DNA of 64,000 nucleotides, taken from the IMG/VR virus record IMGVR_UViG_3300047160_010630, positions 1-64,000 of that record; one strand, 5' to 3'. Each line of letters opens with the position of its first letter. Within the stretch, counting starts at the first letter, position 1. The translations under genes and the position numbers were made by a program. The DNA comes from a virus. The notes under the pieces are model-generated. The model was not told where the DNA came from, made no database searches, and worked only from the letters and a program-made list of their open reading frames with translations. Of the stretch, positions 55,489 through 64,000 are shown piece by piece.

Positions 55489-56238
55489 GTGCCGACGACA
55501 CCCAACTGGCAGGCGGCCACCAGCGGTTCTCCCGCGCAGGCCGCGCACGTCAACCAGTTCCTCGGCACCCATGCGACCACGCTCCTCTACGCCGGTGTGC
55601 AGCGGTCCGCGCAGACCACGGCCGGAACGGGTAGTACGTCCACGAACGGTACCTGGCTCGCGCAATCCTTCACGACCGCCGTCGGCCAGACTGCTATCGG
55701 GTACGTGCTCATCCAACTGGACCCGAACACCGGCCTGGGGTCCAACCTGGCGCCCACCACGGTATCCCTCTACGCCAACTCGGCGGGTGCCCCGACCGGT
55801 GCGGCCCTCGTGTCGGCAACGGTGACCGCAGAGTACGGGTTCTTCGGGCCGATCAACCTGTTCGTGCCGATGCCCATCACCGGCCTGACGGCCAGCACGA
55901 CGTACTGGATTGTCGCCACCGCTGCGGGCAACGCGTCGTTCAGCTACTCCTGGAACCGGTCCAACCAGACGAGCGGCGCGTCCACGTCCGCCAACGGCAC
56001 GACGTGGGTGGCACAGACGTACGGCTTCCTGTACCAGGTGTTCGACCAGACGGCCAGCGGACTGCTCCAGGGCACCTGGGAGGACGCGGGGGCCCGGTGG
56101 ACGTGGCGTAGCTACGCCACCCCGAGCAACAGGATCACCGCGACCACCGAGTACACCGCCGGTCAGACCACCGCCGGGTATCTCCAGTCGAACCGCAGCT
56201 ATACGTACACCAACAACCTTTTGACAGGAATCAGCTGA
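55489..56238 (+). CDS. minor tail protein
   Basis: GTG at 55489; N-terminus (PTTPNW) similar to 56736. Confidence 0.8.
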   Translation: MPTTPNWQAATSGSPAQAAHVNQFLGTHATTLLYAGVQRSAQTTAGTGSTSTNGTWLAQSFTTAVGQTAIGYVLIQLDPNTGLGSNLAPTTVSLYANSAGAPTGAALVSATVTAEYGFFGPINLFVPMPITGLTASTTYWIVATAAGNASFSYSWNRSNQTSGASTSANGTTWVAQTYGFLYQVFDQTASGLLQGTWEDAGARWTWRSYATPSNRITATTEYTAGQTTAGYLQSNRSYTYTNNLLTGIS

Positions 56239-56723
56239 TGGCCGATACAGCTGCTGTTCTCGCCCTGGTGCAGTCGCAGTTCGCGGTCAACAAGCCGTCG
56301 TTCTTCGGGTACCAGAACACCGTCCAGTCACTGGCCAACACTGCCTGGACACCCCTCAGCATCGACGCCAGCGTGGACGACAACTACGCCGGGCATTCCA
56401 ACTCGACCAACAACTCACGGTACACGGCCCAGGTGGCGGCTACCTACAGGGTGAGCGGATGCTACGCCCCGGCGGCGAACGCCACAGGGTTCCGTGCGGT
56501 GCGGCTCATCAAGAACGGCAGTACGATCCTTTTGGGCAGCGGCCTGTACTCGCCGCCCATCAGCGGGGCGGAGATCGGCGTCCCCACGCCTTCCGCCTTG
56601 GTAGCTCTGGCCGTGGGGGACTACGTCGAAGTGCAGGGATGGCAGAGCTCCGGAGGAAACCTGAACACCATCCTCGACGTTGATCTGCGATGCAGCTTCA
56701 CCGTCACGTTTGAGCACTTCTAA
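56238..56723 (+). CDS. C1q/TNF-like minor tail protein
   Basis: SRYTAQVAATY, LAVGDYVEV..WQSSG. Confidence 0.75.
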   Translation: MADTAAVLALVQSQFAVNKPSFFGYQNTVQSLANTAWTPLSIDASVDDNYAGHSNSTNNSRYTAQVAATYRVSGCYAPAANATGFRAVRLIKNGSTILLGSGLYSPPISGAEIGVPTPSALVALAVGDYVEVQGWQSSGGNLNTILDVDLRCSFTVTFEHF

Positions 56724-56735
56724 TCCGAGGTCACG

Positions 56736-59108
56736 ATGCCTACCACCCCATCCTGGGAACCGGCCCGGAACGGCATTCCCGGCGACCCCAACGCCGTCAA
56801 CCACGCCAGCCAGATCGACCAGATGCTCGGCGTCCACGGCATCACGCCGGTCTACACCGGGAGCAGGGTGGTCACCCCTGCCGGGAACTACTCCAACCTC
56901 CTGAACTTCACCACGGCGACGGACGTGTCCCAGCCGTTCACGATGTCGGGGACATCCATCGGCCGGGTCGTCCTCCCGGTCGTTCCCGTGGGCCAGGGGG
57001 CCGACCTCACCGTGTCCCTCTACCCCGACAGCTCGGGGAACCCCAACCTGAGCAATCTGCTGGCGTCGACCCACATTCCTGCCGCTTGGATCGGGCAGAC
57101 CACCGCAAATGGAAGTTCCCCCGTAGCGGGTCCATTGGGCGCGCCACACACGAACACATGGTACTTCACCGGCACACGAACAACTCAGCCCTACGTTCCT
57201 CCTGCGAACTCCTCCTTCGGCGCCACCGGATCCCCGTCCGTGGCGACGTCCGGCAACTTCTTCATCTTCGCGGGCGGTTTCAGCCTCACCGGCAGCAATC
57301 TGTCGTCCGTGGTCGCCACGGCGAGGTGGCAGGGAGCGGGTAGTGTCACGCTGCCCATCGCGCAGCCGTCCCTCCCCGTGGCCACATGGCTGGCCGGTGT
57401 CGGGACGACGACCAACGCCGTCATCGTGGCCGGTGGGGTGACCGGGTCGACGACGACGACGGCAAACGTGTGGGTCGCCAGCTGGGACCCCAACGTCGGA
57501 ACCATCGGGACGTGGAGCGCCCAGACAGCGCTACCCACCGCCATCAACTACCCGGCCGTGGCCACCAGCGGCGCCAATGTCTACGTCATCGGCGGCGATA
57601 CGACCACGCCGGGGAATGCCAACGTCAGCACCGTCTACTCGACCGTCATCACCAACGGCCAGACGTCGGCCTGGGCCCAGCAACCGTCTCTGCCGCAGCA
57701 GTTGAAGAGCTGCCTGGTCGGGGTCCTCAACGGCTGGCTCATCGTGGCCGGTGGCATCAACAACGCCGGGAACACTGTCACCTCCACGTACTACTCGAAG
57801 ATCAACGCCGACGGTTCCCTCAGTCAGTGGCTCACCGGCCCGGTGATGGTGCAGGACGGCGGCGCCACCCTCCCCGGCGCGCAGACGGCGCTTACGAACA
57901 ACGCCTTCATGGTCGTCAGTGCCAACAGCACCGTCTCCGGTGGGACCAGCGTCCAGCTTCTGGGGGTCACCTCCAACGGGGTGGCCGATCACTGGAATTC
58001 TTACACGTACTTCTCGGGCGGCGGCACCGTAACGGAGTTCACCGCCGCGTTCCCGCTGGGTGACGGAACCTGGAATCTCATCAACATCAACACAGACGGC
58101 GGCAACCAGTTCATCGACAGCTCGGTGATACTGCCGTCAACCCTGGTCTCCGTACCGTTGAGTGCCACGGGCCTCACGTCGGGCGGCACGTACCACGTGG
58201 TCCTCCAGCAGGCGAACAGCCGGACCGCCTCGGACTACCTGCTGTACACCACCCTGGACACGTTCGCCATGGGTGTCGGGAACTACGGGCTCAAGTCGCC
58301 CAGGCATGCCAATACGTGGACCGTCATCCTGGGTACCACTCCCTCGGCCGCACGTGTCTCCGTCCCCCTGGCCGTGTTCAACAATGCCCCGAGCAGCGGT
58401 AGCGGTAGCAATATCGTCCACACCTGGGAAGACCCTTCCGCTACCGGTAGCGCTGCTACCAACAAGACCGCTGCTCGGGCCTCCACCATCTTCTACAACA
58501 GCCAGTACTCCCTGCCGTACGGGGCCATGGAGGCGACCGCCGGTCCCAACGACGCCCAGAACGTCAATCCGACATTCGCCACGGGCGTCGGCGACTGGAC
58601 GGCGCACAACGGCACGTTCACCCAGTCCAGTGCCCAGGTGCAGGGCGGCTTCGCGTTCTCCGGCCTGCTGACCCCGACCGGCGGCAACCCCACCGCCAGC
58701 GCGACCAGCGGCCTCATCACCATCACGCCGGTGGCGCCGCTGTTCTCCAACGCCCAGTGGTTCATGGTGAACGGCTGGGTGTACTCGCCGACCGGCTGGG
58801 CCACGACGTCCCTCAGCGTGGACTGGTACACGGCGGCCTCGGTGTTCATCTCCACGAGCAGCAACGTCCAGTCGGTCGCCGCTGCGACGTGGACGAACTT
58901 GGTCAACTTCTTCCAGGCTCCGGCCACCGCGCGGTTCGCTTCCATCAATGTCGTGGAGTCCGGGACTCCCGGGGCGACGAACCTCCTGTACACGTCGAAT
59001 GTGACCTTCTCGCTGGCGCCGGAACTCACGCCGGTCTTCGCCGACGTGGCGCAGGTCACCTACGGCAGCGCCCCGTATCCGCCTACGGGGGTCGTTCAGC
59101 TCACCTGA
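56736..59108 (+). CDS. tail fibre/receptor-binding protein (Kelch-like repeats plus CBM-like domain)
   Basis: Repeated hhhAGG...W Kelch pattern; NPTFATGVGDW. Confidence 0.8.
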   Translation: MPTTPSWEPARNGIPGDPNAVNHASQIDQMLGVHGITPVYTGSRVVTPAGNYSNLLNFTTATDVSQPFTMSGTSIGRVVLPVVPVGQGADLTVSLYPDSSGNPNLSNLLASTHIPAAWIGQTTANGSSPVAGPLGAPHTNTWYFTGTRTTQPYVPPANSSFGATGSPSVATSGNFFIFAGGFSLTGSNLSSVVATARWQGAGSVTLPIAQPSLPVATWLAGVGTTTNAVIVAGGVTGSTTTTANVWVASWDPNVGTIGTWSAQTALPTAINYPAVATSGANVYVIGGDTTTPGNANVSTVYSTVITNGQTSAWAQQPSLPQQLKSCLVGVLNGWLIVAGGINNAGNTVTSTYYSKINADGSLSQWLTGPVMVQDGGATLPGAQTALTNNAFMVVSANSTVSGGTSVQLLGVTSNGVADHWNSYTYFSGGGTVTEFTAAFPLGDGTWNLININTDGGNQFIDSSVILPSTLVSVPLSATGLTSGGTYHVVLQQANSRTASDYLLYTTLDTFAMGVGNYGLKSPRHANTWTVILGTTPSAARVSVPLAVFNNAPSSGSGSNIVHTWEDPSATGSAATNKTAARASTIFYNSQYSLPYGAMEATAGPNDAQNVNPTFATGVGDWTAHNGTFTQSSAQVQGGFAFSGLLTPTGGNPTASATSGLITITPVAPLFSNAQWFMVNGWVYSPTGWATTSLSVDWYTAASVFISTSSNVQSVAAATWTNLVNFFQAPATARFASINVVESGTPGATNLLYTSNVTFSLAPELTPVFADVAQVTYGSAPYPPTGVVQLT

Positions 59109-59120
59109 CCAGGGAAAGGC

Positions 59121-59444
59121 GTGCACATGTCCGAGAACGGCGACAACGGGCACGGGAGCAGCGGGAGCGTCAGCTACAGCATCAAGGAGCTGCTCGACGG
59201 CATCAAGACCTCGATCGACCGCCTGTACGGGAAGCTGGACACCAAGGCGGACCGGTCCGAGGTGCTGGAGCTGTCGCGGCAGATCAGCCAGGAGAGCAAG
59301 CGCGTGGATGCCCTGGAGACCACGTACCGGGTCGAGACGAAGTCCGAGTCCGACCACAAGGAGTGGACGAAGTGGCTGATCCCGGCGCTGATTGCTGTGG
59401 CGATGCTCGGGGTGAGCATTATCCAACTGTTCGGAAAGAGGTAG
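59121..59444 (+). CDS. coiled-coil protein with C-terminal TM (holin-like)
   Basis: Lysis-cassette position. Confidence 0.65.
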   Translation: MHMSENGDNGHGSSGSVSYSIKELLDGIKTSIDRLYGKLDTKADRSEVLELSRQISQESKRVDALETTYRVETKSESDHKEWTKWLIPALIAVAMLGVSIIQLFGKR

Positions 59445-59446
59445 GC

Positions 59447-59890
59447 ATGCCCGACGACAAGGTGGTGGCGGCGCACGTCCAGCCGCATTCGAGCCACTAC
59501 AACGTCCATTTCCCGGAGCACGGTTCCCGTGAAGGGGATCCGCACTACAAGGATTTCCATCACTACCACGAGACCGCCAAGCGCGATCCGGAACTCTACC
59601 AGTGCGCGGTCGGCAAGCGGCGCGGGGACTTCTCGGACTGCACGCTGGACCTTCCGCTGGAGCTGCACCACACGCACATCGAATGGGCGCTCCAAAACGG
59701 CGTGGACCTGGCCTTGATGGAGCACCAGTACCCCGGCGTGTCGAACGCGGAGGAGCTGGGGGCCTGGGTGGAAAGCGGATCTAATTTGTCTTTTTATTGC
59801 CAATTCCATCACCGAGGTCACGGTGGCGCCCACGTGGCCAGCGCGAGTGACTTCGAGGGCCAGCATTTCGTCAAGAAGATGATTTCGTAG
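59447..59890 (+). CDS. His-rich HNH-like protein
   Basis: LELHH...NL..YCQFHHRG. Confidence 0.7.
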   Translation: MPDDKVVAAHVQPHSSHYNVHFPEHGSREGDPHYKDFHHYHETAKRDPELYQCAVGKRRGDFSDCTLDLPLELHHTHIEWALQNGVDLALMEHQYPGVSNAEELGAWVESGSNLSFYCQFHHRGHGGAHVASASDFEGQHFVKKMIS

Positions 59891-59922
59891 CGTTCTAAGC
59901 ACACGAACTAAGGAGACTATCT

Positions 59923-60708
59923 GTGCACCTCGTTACTCGCACTGAGTGGGGAGCCCCCGCCGAGACCCCCGCCGCCGACATGGCGACCGCGCAGGGCGTG
60001 AAGATCCACTGGATCGGCGGTCCGTACACCACCCCGGCACAGCACGGCCCGGAATGCGACGCTGAAGTCCGCGCCATCCGGCAGGAGCACCTGTCCAATC
60101 CCGACCAGCACTGGGTGGACATCGCCTACAACTTCGTCGTGTGCCAGCACGGGGTGGTCTACGAGGCTCGTGGTCTGCGCAAGGAGAGCGGCGCCAACGG
60201 TGATCAGCCGCTCAACAAGAAGGACTACGCGATCTGCGGGGTCCAGGGGACCAACGAGCAGCTCTCCGACGGCCTCAAGGGCGGCCTGCGGGACGCGATC
60301 GAGTACATGCAGGCCAACGGCGCCGGTCCGGAGATCCTCGCGCACCGTGACGGTTACAGCACCGACTGTCCGGGTGACGAGCTGTACGCCTGGGTCCACG
60401 CGGGTGCTCCGCGTCCCGGCGGTGTGCCGTCGCCTGCCCCGTCGCCCGCTCCGTCACACGAGCCCGCCCCCTCCTGGCCGGGCCGCTATCTGCGCAACGA
60501 CCCCGGCCAGGCGATGATGCACGGCGATGACGTGCGTGACTGGCAGCAGCGGATGCACGACCGGGGCTGGGCTATCGCGGTCGACGGCTGGTACGGCCCG
60601 TCCAGCGCCCACGTCTGCGGCCAGTTCCAGGCCGAGAAGGGCCTGACAGTCGACCAGGTCGTGGGACCGGTCACCTGGGCCGCTGCCTGGACGACGCCGG
60701 TCAGCTGA
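59923..60708 (+). CDS. endolysin: N-acetylmuramoyl-L-alanine amidase plus PG-binding domain
   Basis: IHW, DIAYN, AHRD..STDCPG; VDGWYGP, FQAEKGLTVD. Confidence 0.92.
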   Translation: MHLVTRTEWGAPAETPAADMATAQGVKIHWIGGPYTTPAQHGPECDAEVRAIRQEHLSNPDQHWVDIAYNFVVCQHGVVYEARGLRKESGANGDQPLNKKDYAICGVQGTNEQLSDGLKGGLRDAIEYMQANGAGPEILAHRDGYSTDCPGDELYAWVHAGAPRPGGVPSPAPSPAPSHEPAPSWPGRYLRNDPGQAMMHGDDVRDWQQRMHDRGWAIAVDGWYGPSSAHVCGQFQAEKGLTVDQVVGPVTWAAAWTTPVS

Positions 60709-61258
60709 CCAGGGCCATGCCGGGGATGTGCGTGGGGGAGACGGAGCCGACGCCGGGCGGGAGCAGGGTGATCTCGATGGGCTTCGCCGTGGCGAACGCG
60801 GCGACGTCCGCCGTGTTCACCTCCACCGTCTCGTGGCGGCCGGTGGCCGGGTTGCGCTGGGTGACCTTGCCGGTCAGCGGCTCCTTGGCCCAGTCGTGCC
60901 GCAGCTGGGCGACGTCGATCGCCTCGGTGGCGTCGCTGACGTGCGGGTCGGCCGCGTCGAACATGGCGAACGAGACGCGCTGCTCGTTGGTCCAGGCCGC
61001 GTCGATGGCCATCTGGAGACGGTTCTCCAGGTCGGCGATCTGGTCCCGGAGGTGGACCTCGTTGACGAGCAGGTCCCGGACGGTGTCCTCCATCCGGTTG
61101 TAGTCTTCCTGGACCTTGTTCTTCTGGATCTCCAGGAGGGCGATGTGCGAGCGCTCCTGCTCCAGTTCGCGCAGGAGCTGGCGCACGCGGCGTCGGCTGC
61201 GCTCGGGCGGGTTCTCGATGCGCAGGAGCTGCGCGACGGCCTTGATTCGGGGGTTCAC
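60701..61258 (-). CDS. coiled-coil hypothetical protein
   Basis: GTG at 61258 with RBS GAGGAAAGGA. Confidence 0.75.
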   Translation of the reverse strand: MNPRIKAVAQLLRIENPPERSRRRVRQLLRELEQERSHIALLEIQKNKVQEDYNRMEDTVRDLLVNEVHLRDQIADLENRLQMAIDAAWTNEQRVSFAMFDAADPHVSDATEAIDVAQLRHDWAKEPLTGKVTQRNPATGRHETVEVNTADVAAFATAKPIEITLLPPGVGSVSPTHIPGMALVS

Positions 61259-61299
61259 GCGGTCTGTTCCTTTCCTCGTTCGTGTGTGATCATCACAGT

Positions 61300-61335
61300 A
61301 CACGCCCCCGCTTGCTGCTGCAAGCGGGGGCGTGT
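61300..61335. terminator. hairpin terminator
   Basis: ACACGCCCCCGCTTGC...GCAAGCGGGGGCGTGT. Confidence 0.7.
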
Positions 61336-61346
61336 TCGTGTTTGGG

Positions 61347-61604
61347 TCAGCTGCCGTTACCGGCGTTGCGTCGCTCGGTGTCGTCACCCTGCGAGGCCGG
61401 AGGGTTGCCGAAGACCCGGTTGGCCTGGCGCTGGGCCTGGATCTGGTTGGAGGTGTGGACGGCGTCGTTCTCGGCCTTGGCGAAGTCGTCGGCCCCGCCG
61501 ACGGACAGGTAGTCCTGCCGGTCGGCGGCGGCTCCCTGGTTCATCCGCTGCTCGAAGGCACCGGAGCCCGGGTCCGGGTCACTGTTCCTCTTGAAGAGAC
61601 CCAT
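61347..61604 (-). CDS. hypothetical protein
   Basis: RBS, ATG at 61604. Confidence 0.7.
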   Translation of the reverse strand: MGLFKRNSDPDPGSGAFEQRMNQGAAADRQDYLSVGGADDFAKAENDAVHTSNQIQAQRQANRVFGNPPASQGDDTERRNAGNGS

Positions 61605-61644
61605 TTCCTTGTTCCTTTCTGCGCTGGGTAGAATCTCCACCCTG

Positions 61645-61727
61645 TGTGCTCGGAGGGAGTCGAACCCTCACGTCTCTTGGACGCCGGTACTTGAAGCCGG
61701 TGCGTCTGCCTGTTTCGCCACGAGCAC
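61645..61727 (-). tRNA. tRNA-Leu(CAA)
   Basis: Cloverleaf with long variable arm; loop TTCAAGT. Confidence 0.85.
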
Positions 61728-61778
61728 TCAGCAGAGGGTAGAGGTAACGCTCCCCGAGCCTTTCAGCTCCCCAGATTT

Positions 61779-62165
61779 TCAAGACCTGTTTGCACCTTGT
61801 GCGGTACCCTCTATATGTGTGACTGTTTTACCGTGATGGTCACTTGAATTGAGTATTACTACACGATTTTCTGGAACTATATAAACTGCCAGAAGATCTG
61901 ATTTATTTCCGTCGAACTTTATTACTCTTGTCTCATTTGTATTGTGTCGTACTGATTTAAGCTGTACGGCATAGCTCTTTTTGGATCCTTTGTAGGAGGT
62001 GCTTTTAACCTCTACTCTGGAAAGGATTCCTTCTTTAACTACTACCATGTCAAAGTTCGCATTACCAAAAACTGGTAGATAAACATCGTAACCTTGACGC
62101 ACGAATTCATGTGCTACGGCTGCTTCTCCGAGTCTACCCTTCTTTACTGTGTTCACGCGTCTCAT
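61779..62165 (-). CDS. PD-(D/E)XK endonuclease inserted in the tRNA cluster
   Basis: GRLGE, FDMVV, RVEVKS; very low GC. Confidence 0.88.
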   Translation of the reverse strand: MRRVNTVKKGRLGEAAVAHEFVRQGYDVYLPVFGNANFDMVVVKEGILSRVEVKSTSYKGSKKSYAVQLKSVRHNTNETRVIKFDGNKSDLLAVYIVPENRVVILNSSDHHGKTVTHIEGTAQGANRS

Positions 62166-62177
62166 AATACAATAAAG

Positions 62178-62248
62178 AACGGACGACGGGAATCGAACCC
62201 GCACCTCCAGCGTGGAAGGCTGGGGCACTGCCGTTATGCAACGTCCGC
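62178..62248 (-). tRNA. tRNA-Gly(TCC)
   Basis: CCAGC-CTTCCAC-GCTGG. Confidence 0.88.
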
Positions 62249-62249
62249 G

Positions 62250-62332
62250 TGGAAGTGGAGGGAATTGAACCCCCGAGCCCGAAGGATCCGGTTTACAGCC
62301 GGACGCAACCAGCCAACAGTTGCCTCACTTCC
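62250..62332 (-). tRNA. tRNA-Tyr(GTA)
   Basis: TCCGG-CTGTAAA-CCGGA. Confidence 0.88.
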
Positions 62333-62337
62333 AACAG

Positions 62338-62411
62338 GGTGACCTACGGGAATCGAACCCGCAACCTTCGGTGCCACAGACCGACGCTCTGCCAATTGAG
62401 CTAAGGCCACC
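62338..62411 (-). tRNA. tRNA-His(GTG)
   Basis: TCGGT-CTGTGGC-ACCGA; G-1 present. Confidence 0.92.
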
Positions 62412-62438
62412 ATTGCCGGTGTACTGCATGAATCGTAG

Positions 62439-62512
62439 TGGCGGGGACAGGATTTGAACCTGCGACCTACGGGTTATGAGCCCGCCGAGCTACCGAGCTG
62501 CTCCACCCCGCT
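62439..62512 (-). tRNA. tRNA-fMet(CAT)
   Basis: GCGGG-CTCATAA-CCCGT; 1:72 mismatch. Confidence 0.92.
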
Positions 62513-62575
62513 CCTACGAGCTTAGCAGGTCGCCGCGCCCGGCGCCCGGAGTTCCGGGCGCCGGGCCACCGGCTG

Positions 62576-63190
62576 TCAGATCTTCTGGGGCTCCGCGTCA
62601 CCGGCGTCGTGCGCCGGGGCGTCGGTCTTCTCGGCGGTGTCCTCGGTCGCCGTCGCAGCGGCCAGCGCCTCGGCGACGACGGCCCGCACGAGCACCTTCA
62701 GGGTGCGGCGATGCGCGCGGTCCGACGTGACGCTGTGGCCGAACCAGGTGTACAGCGCCTTCTCCGCCTCGGTCGGCGACTCGGCCTCCGGCAGCACCCC
62801 GGCGCGCTGGGCGGCCCGGACGTACCGGTCCCAGTCGGAGCACCAGCTCTTGGCAGCGGCCAGCTGGTCCAGCTCGTCCAGGGTGGCGGGGAGGATCTTG
62901 AAGACCTCCTCGGCATGCTCCGAGAAGTCGCGGAGGTTCTCGGCGATGTACCTGACCAGCGGGTCCTCGGACTCCTTCAGCTTGTCCCAGGCGCCCCGGC
63001 GGACCTCTCGCGCGGTCGTGCTGTTGACCTGCTGGCAGGCGTCGCGGTAGTTGCGGAAGGTGTAGTCGCTCCAGTTGTTCTCGGTGCCGTAGTCCTCGCG
63101 GTACTTGGCGGCGATCGCGTCCAGCTTCTCGCGGATCTGCTCGGGGGTGATGGTGACGGCGGCGAAGTACGCCTCGATCTCGGGGAGCAT
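62576..63190 (-). CDS. hypothetical protein
   Basis: RBS GAGGA; codon bias. Confidence 0.85.
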   Translation of the reverse strand: MLPEIEAYFAAVTITPEQIREKLDAIAAKYREDYGTENNWSDYTFRNYRDACQQVNSTTAREVRRGAWDKLKESEDPLVRYIAENLRDFSEHAEEVFKILPATLDELDQLAAAKSWCSDWDRYVRAAQRAGVLPEAESPTEAEKALYTWFGHSVTSDRAHRRTLKVLVRAVVAEALAAATATEDTAEKTDAPAHDAGDAEPQKI

Positions 63191-63328
63191 CCTGTTCCTC
63201 TTTCTTCTCTTCCTGGTTCCTGCCCTCGTGGGCCGGTGAGAAGAACACTACGCAGGACCTGACCCGCCGTCAACCCCCGACCGGGAACCGCCCCCGGGCC
63301 GTGTGCCCGGAGGCGGTGCGCTCTTCCT

Positions 63329-64000
63329 TTAGAAGGGGAGGCCGCCGTTGTCGAACGGCAGCGCCGGGGGAGCGGTGTCCTGGGGCGCCTCGTCCTGCGG
63401 CTCCTCCTCCTCCTCCTCGGCCTTGTCCTCGTCCAGGACGTCGTACTTCTGCGGAGGCTCGTACTCGGCCTCTTCCTCTTCCTCTTCCTCCTTGGTGGAG
63501 TCCGCGACCGGCTGCGGCTGGGCGACCGGCTGCGGCTGGACAGCGGGCTGGGGCTGTGCCATCATCGGCTGCGGGGAAGCTGACGGGGCGCCAGAAGCCG
63601 TGCCGGTTCCGGGAGCCTTCACGTTCTTGAGCTTGCTACGGGTCTGCCCCTGCCACTCGTCCTCCTCGACCTCGATCTGGCAGGCCTTGCCGATCAGGTC
63701 GTTGGCGACCTTCTCCATGGAGGGATCGGTCCCGAAGTAGGCGCCGTTCAGGCCGAGTGCCGCCATGTGCCGGAAGAAGAATCCGAGCGCGATGGCGCTG
63801 TCCGGGCTGATGGTGAAGGTGTTGGGCATCGGCTTGCCCTGGAACGGACCCGAGGTGATCTTGAAGACGGCCTTGATCTGGTCCTTGCCGTTGCTGTTCT
63901 TGGTGTGGCTGGCCTTGGTGATGACCGCGTCGTAGGTCCCCTTGGGGATCGTGACGAACCCGGCGTCCTCGGCGGCCTTCTGGAGATCCTTCCAGGAGTA
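63329..64000 (-). CDS. SSB-like/DUF669 protein (5' truncated by window edge)
   Basis: IPKGTYDAVI..., acidic tail ending GGLPF. Confidence 0.75.
   Translation of the reverse strand, partial: YSWKDLQKAAEDAGFVTIPKGTYDAVITKASHTKNSNGKDQIKAVFKITSGPFQGKPMPNTFTISPDSAIALGFFFRHMAALGLNGAYFGTDPSMEKVANDLIGKACQIEVEEDEWQGQTRSKLKNVKAPGTGTASGAPSASPQPMMAQPQPAVQPQPVAQPQPVADSTKEEEEEEEAEYEPPQKYDVLDEDKAEEEEEEPQDEAPQDTAPPALPFDNGGLPF

Overview
High-GC, actinophage-type segment of a tailed phage genome. A Streptomyces-like host is my inference from codon usage, promoter types and gene content. 1-20.7 kb (+) holds many small accessory genes, an HU protein, an AAA ATPase, a degenerate HD protein, a Ro60/TROVE gene behind six Y-RNA-like genes, a DEDD exoribonuclease, tRNAs, a stand-alone Cas7/RAMP-like gene and a GT-C mannosyltransferase. 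20.9-60.7 kb (+) is a siphovirus-type virion and lysis operon: terminases, portal, protease/scaffold, major capsid gene split by a group I intron, paralogous Ser/Thr-rich genes, tail, tape measure and amidase. 60.7-64 kb (-) holds a tRNA cluster and an SSB-like gene. Six homing-endonuclease-like genes are present. The top candidate for a new system is two non-coding arrays (5411-6320, about 26 units; 16287-16582, 8 units) built as YGAC-NN-[NNC-NN]n-N with a 5-nt period. One lies directly upstream of the solo Cas7-like gene, which suggests a non-CRISPR RNA-guided system. Other leads are the permuted-tRNA Y-RNA array, an in-frame amber codon in the putative head-tail adaptor gene, D-armless tRNA-like genes and a likely +1 tail-chaperone frameshift. 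All assignments come from motifs read by eye; no searches were run.
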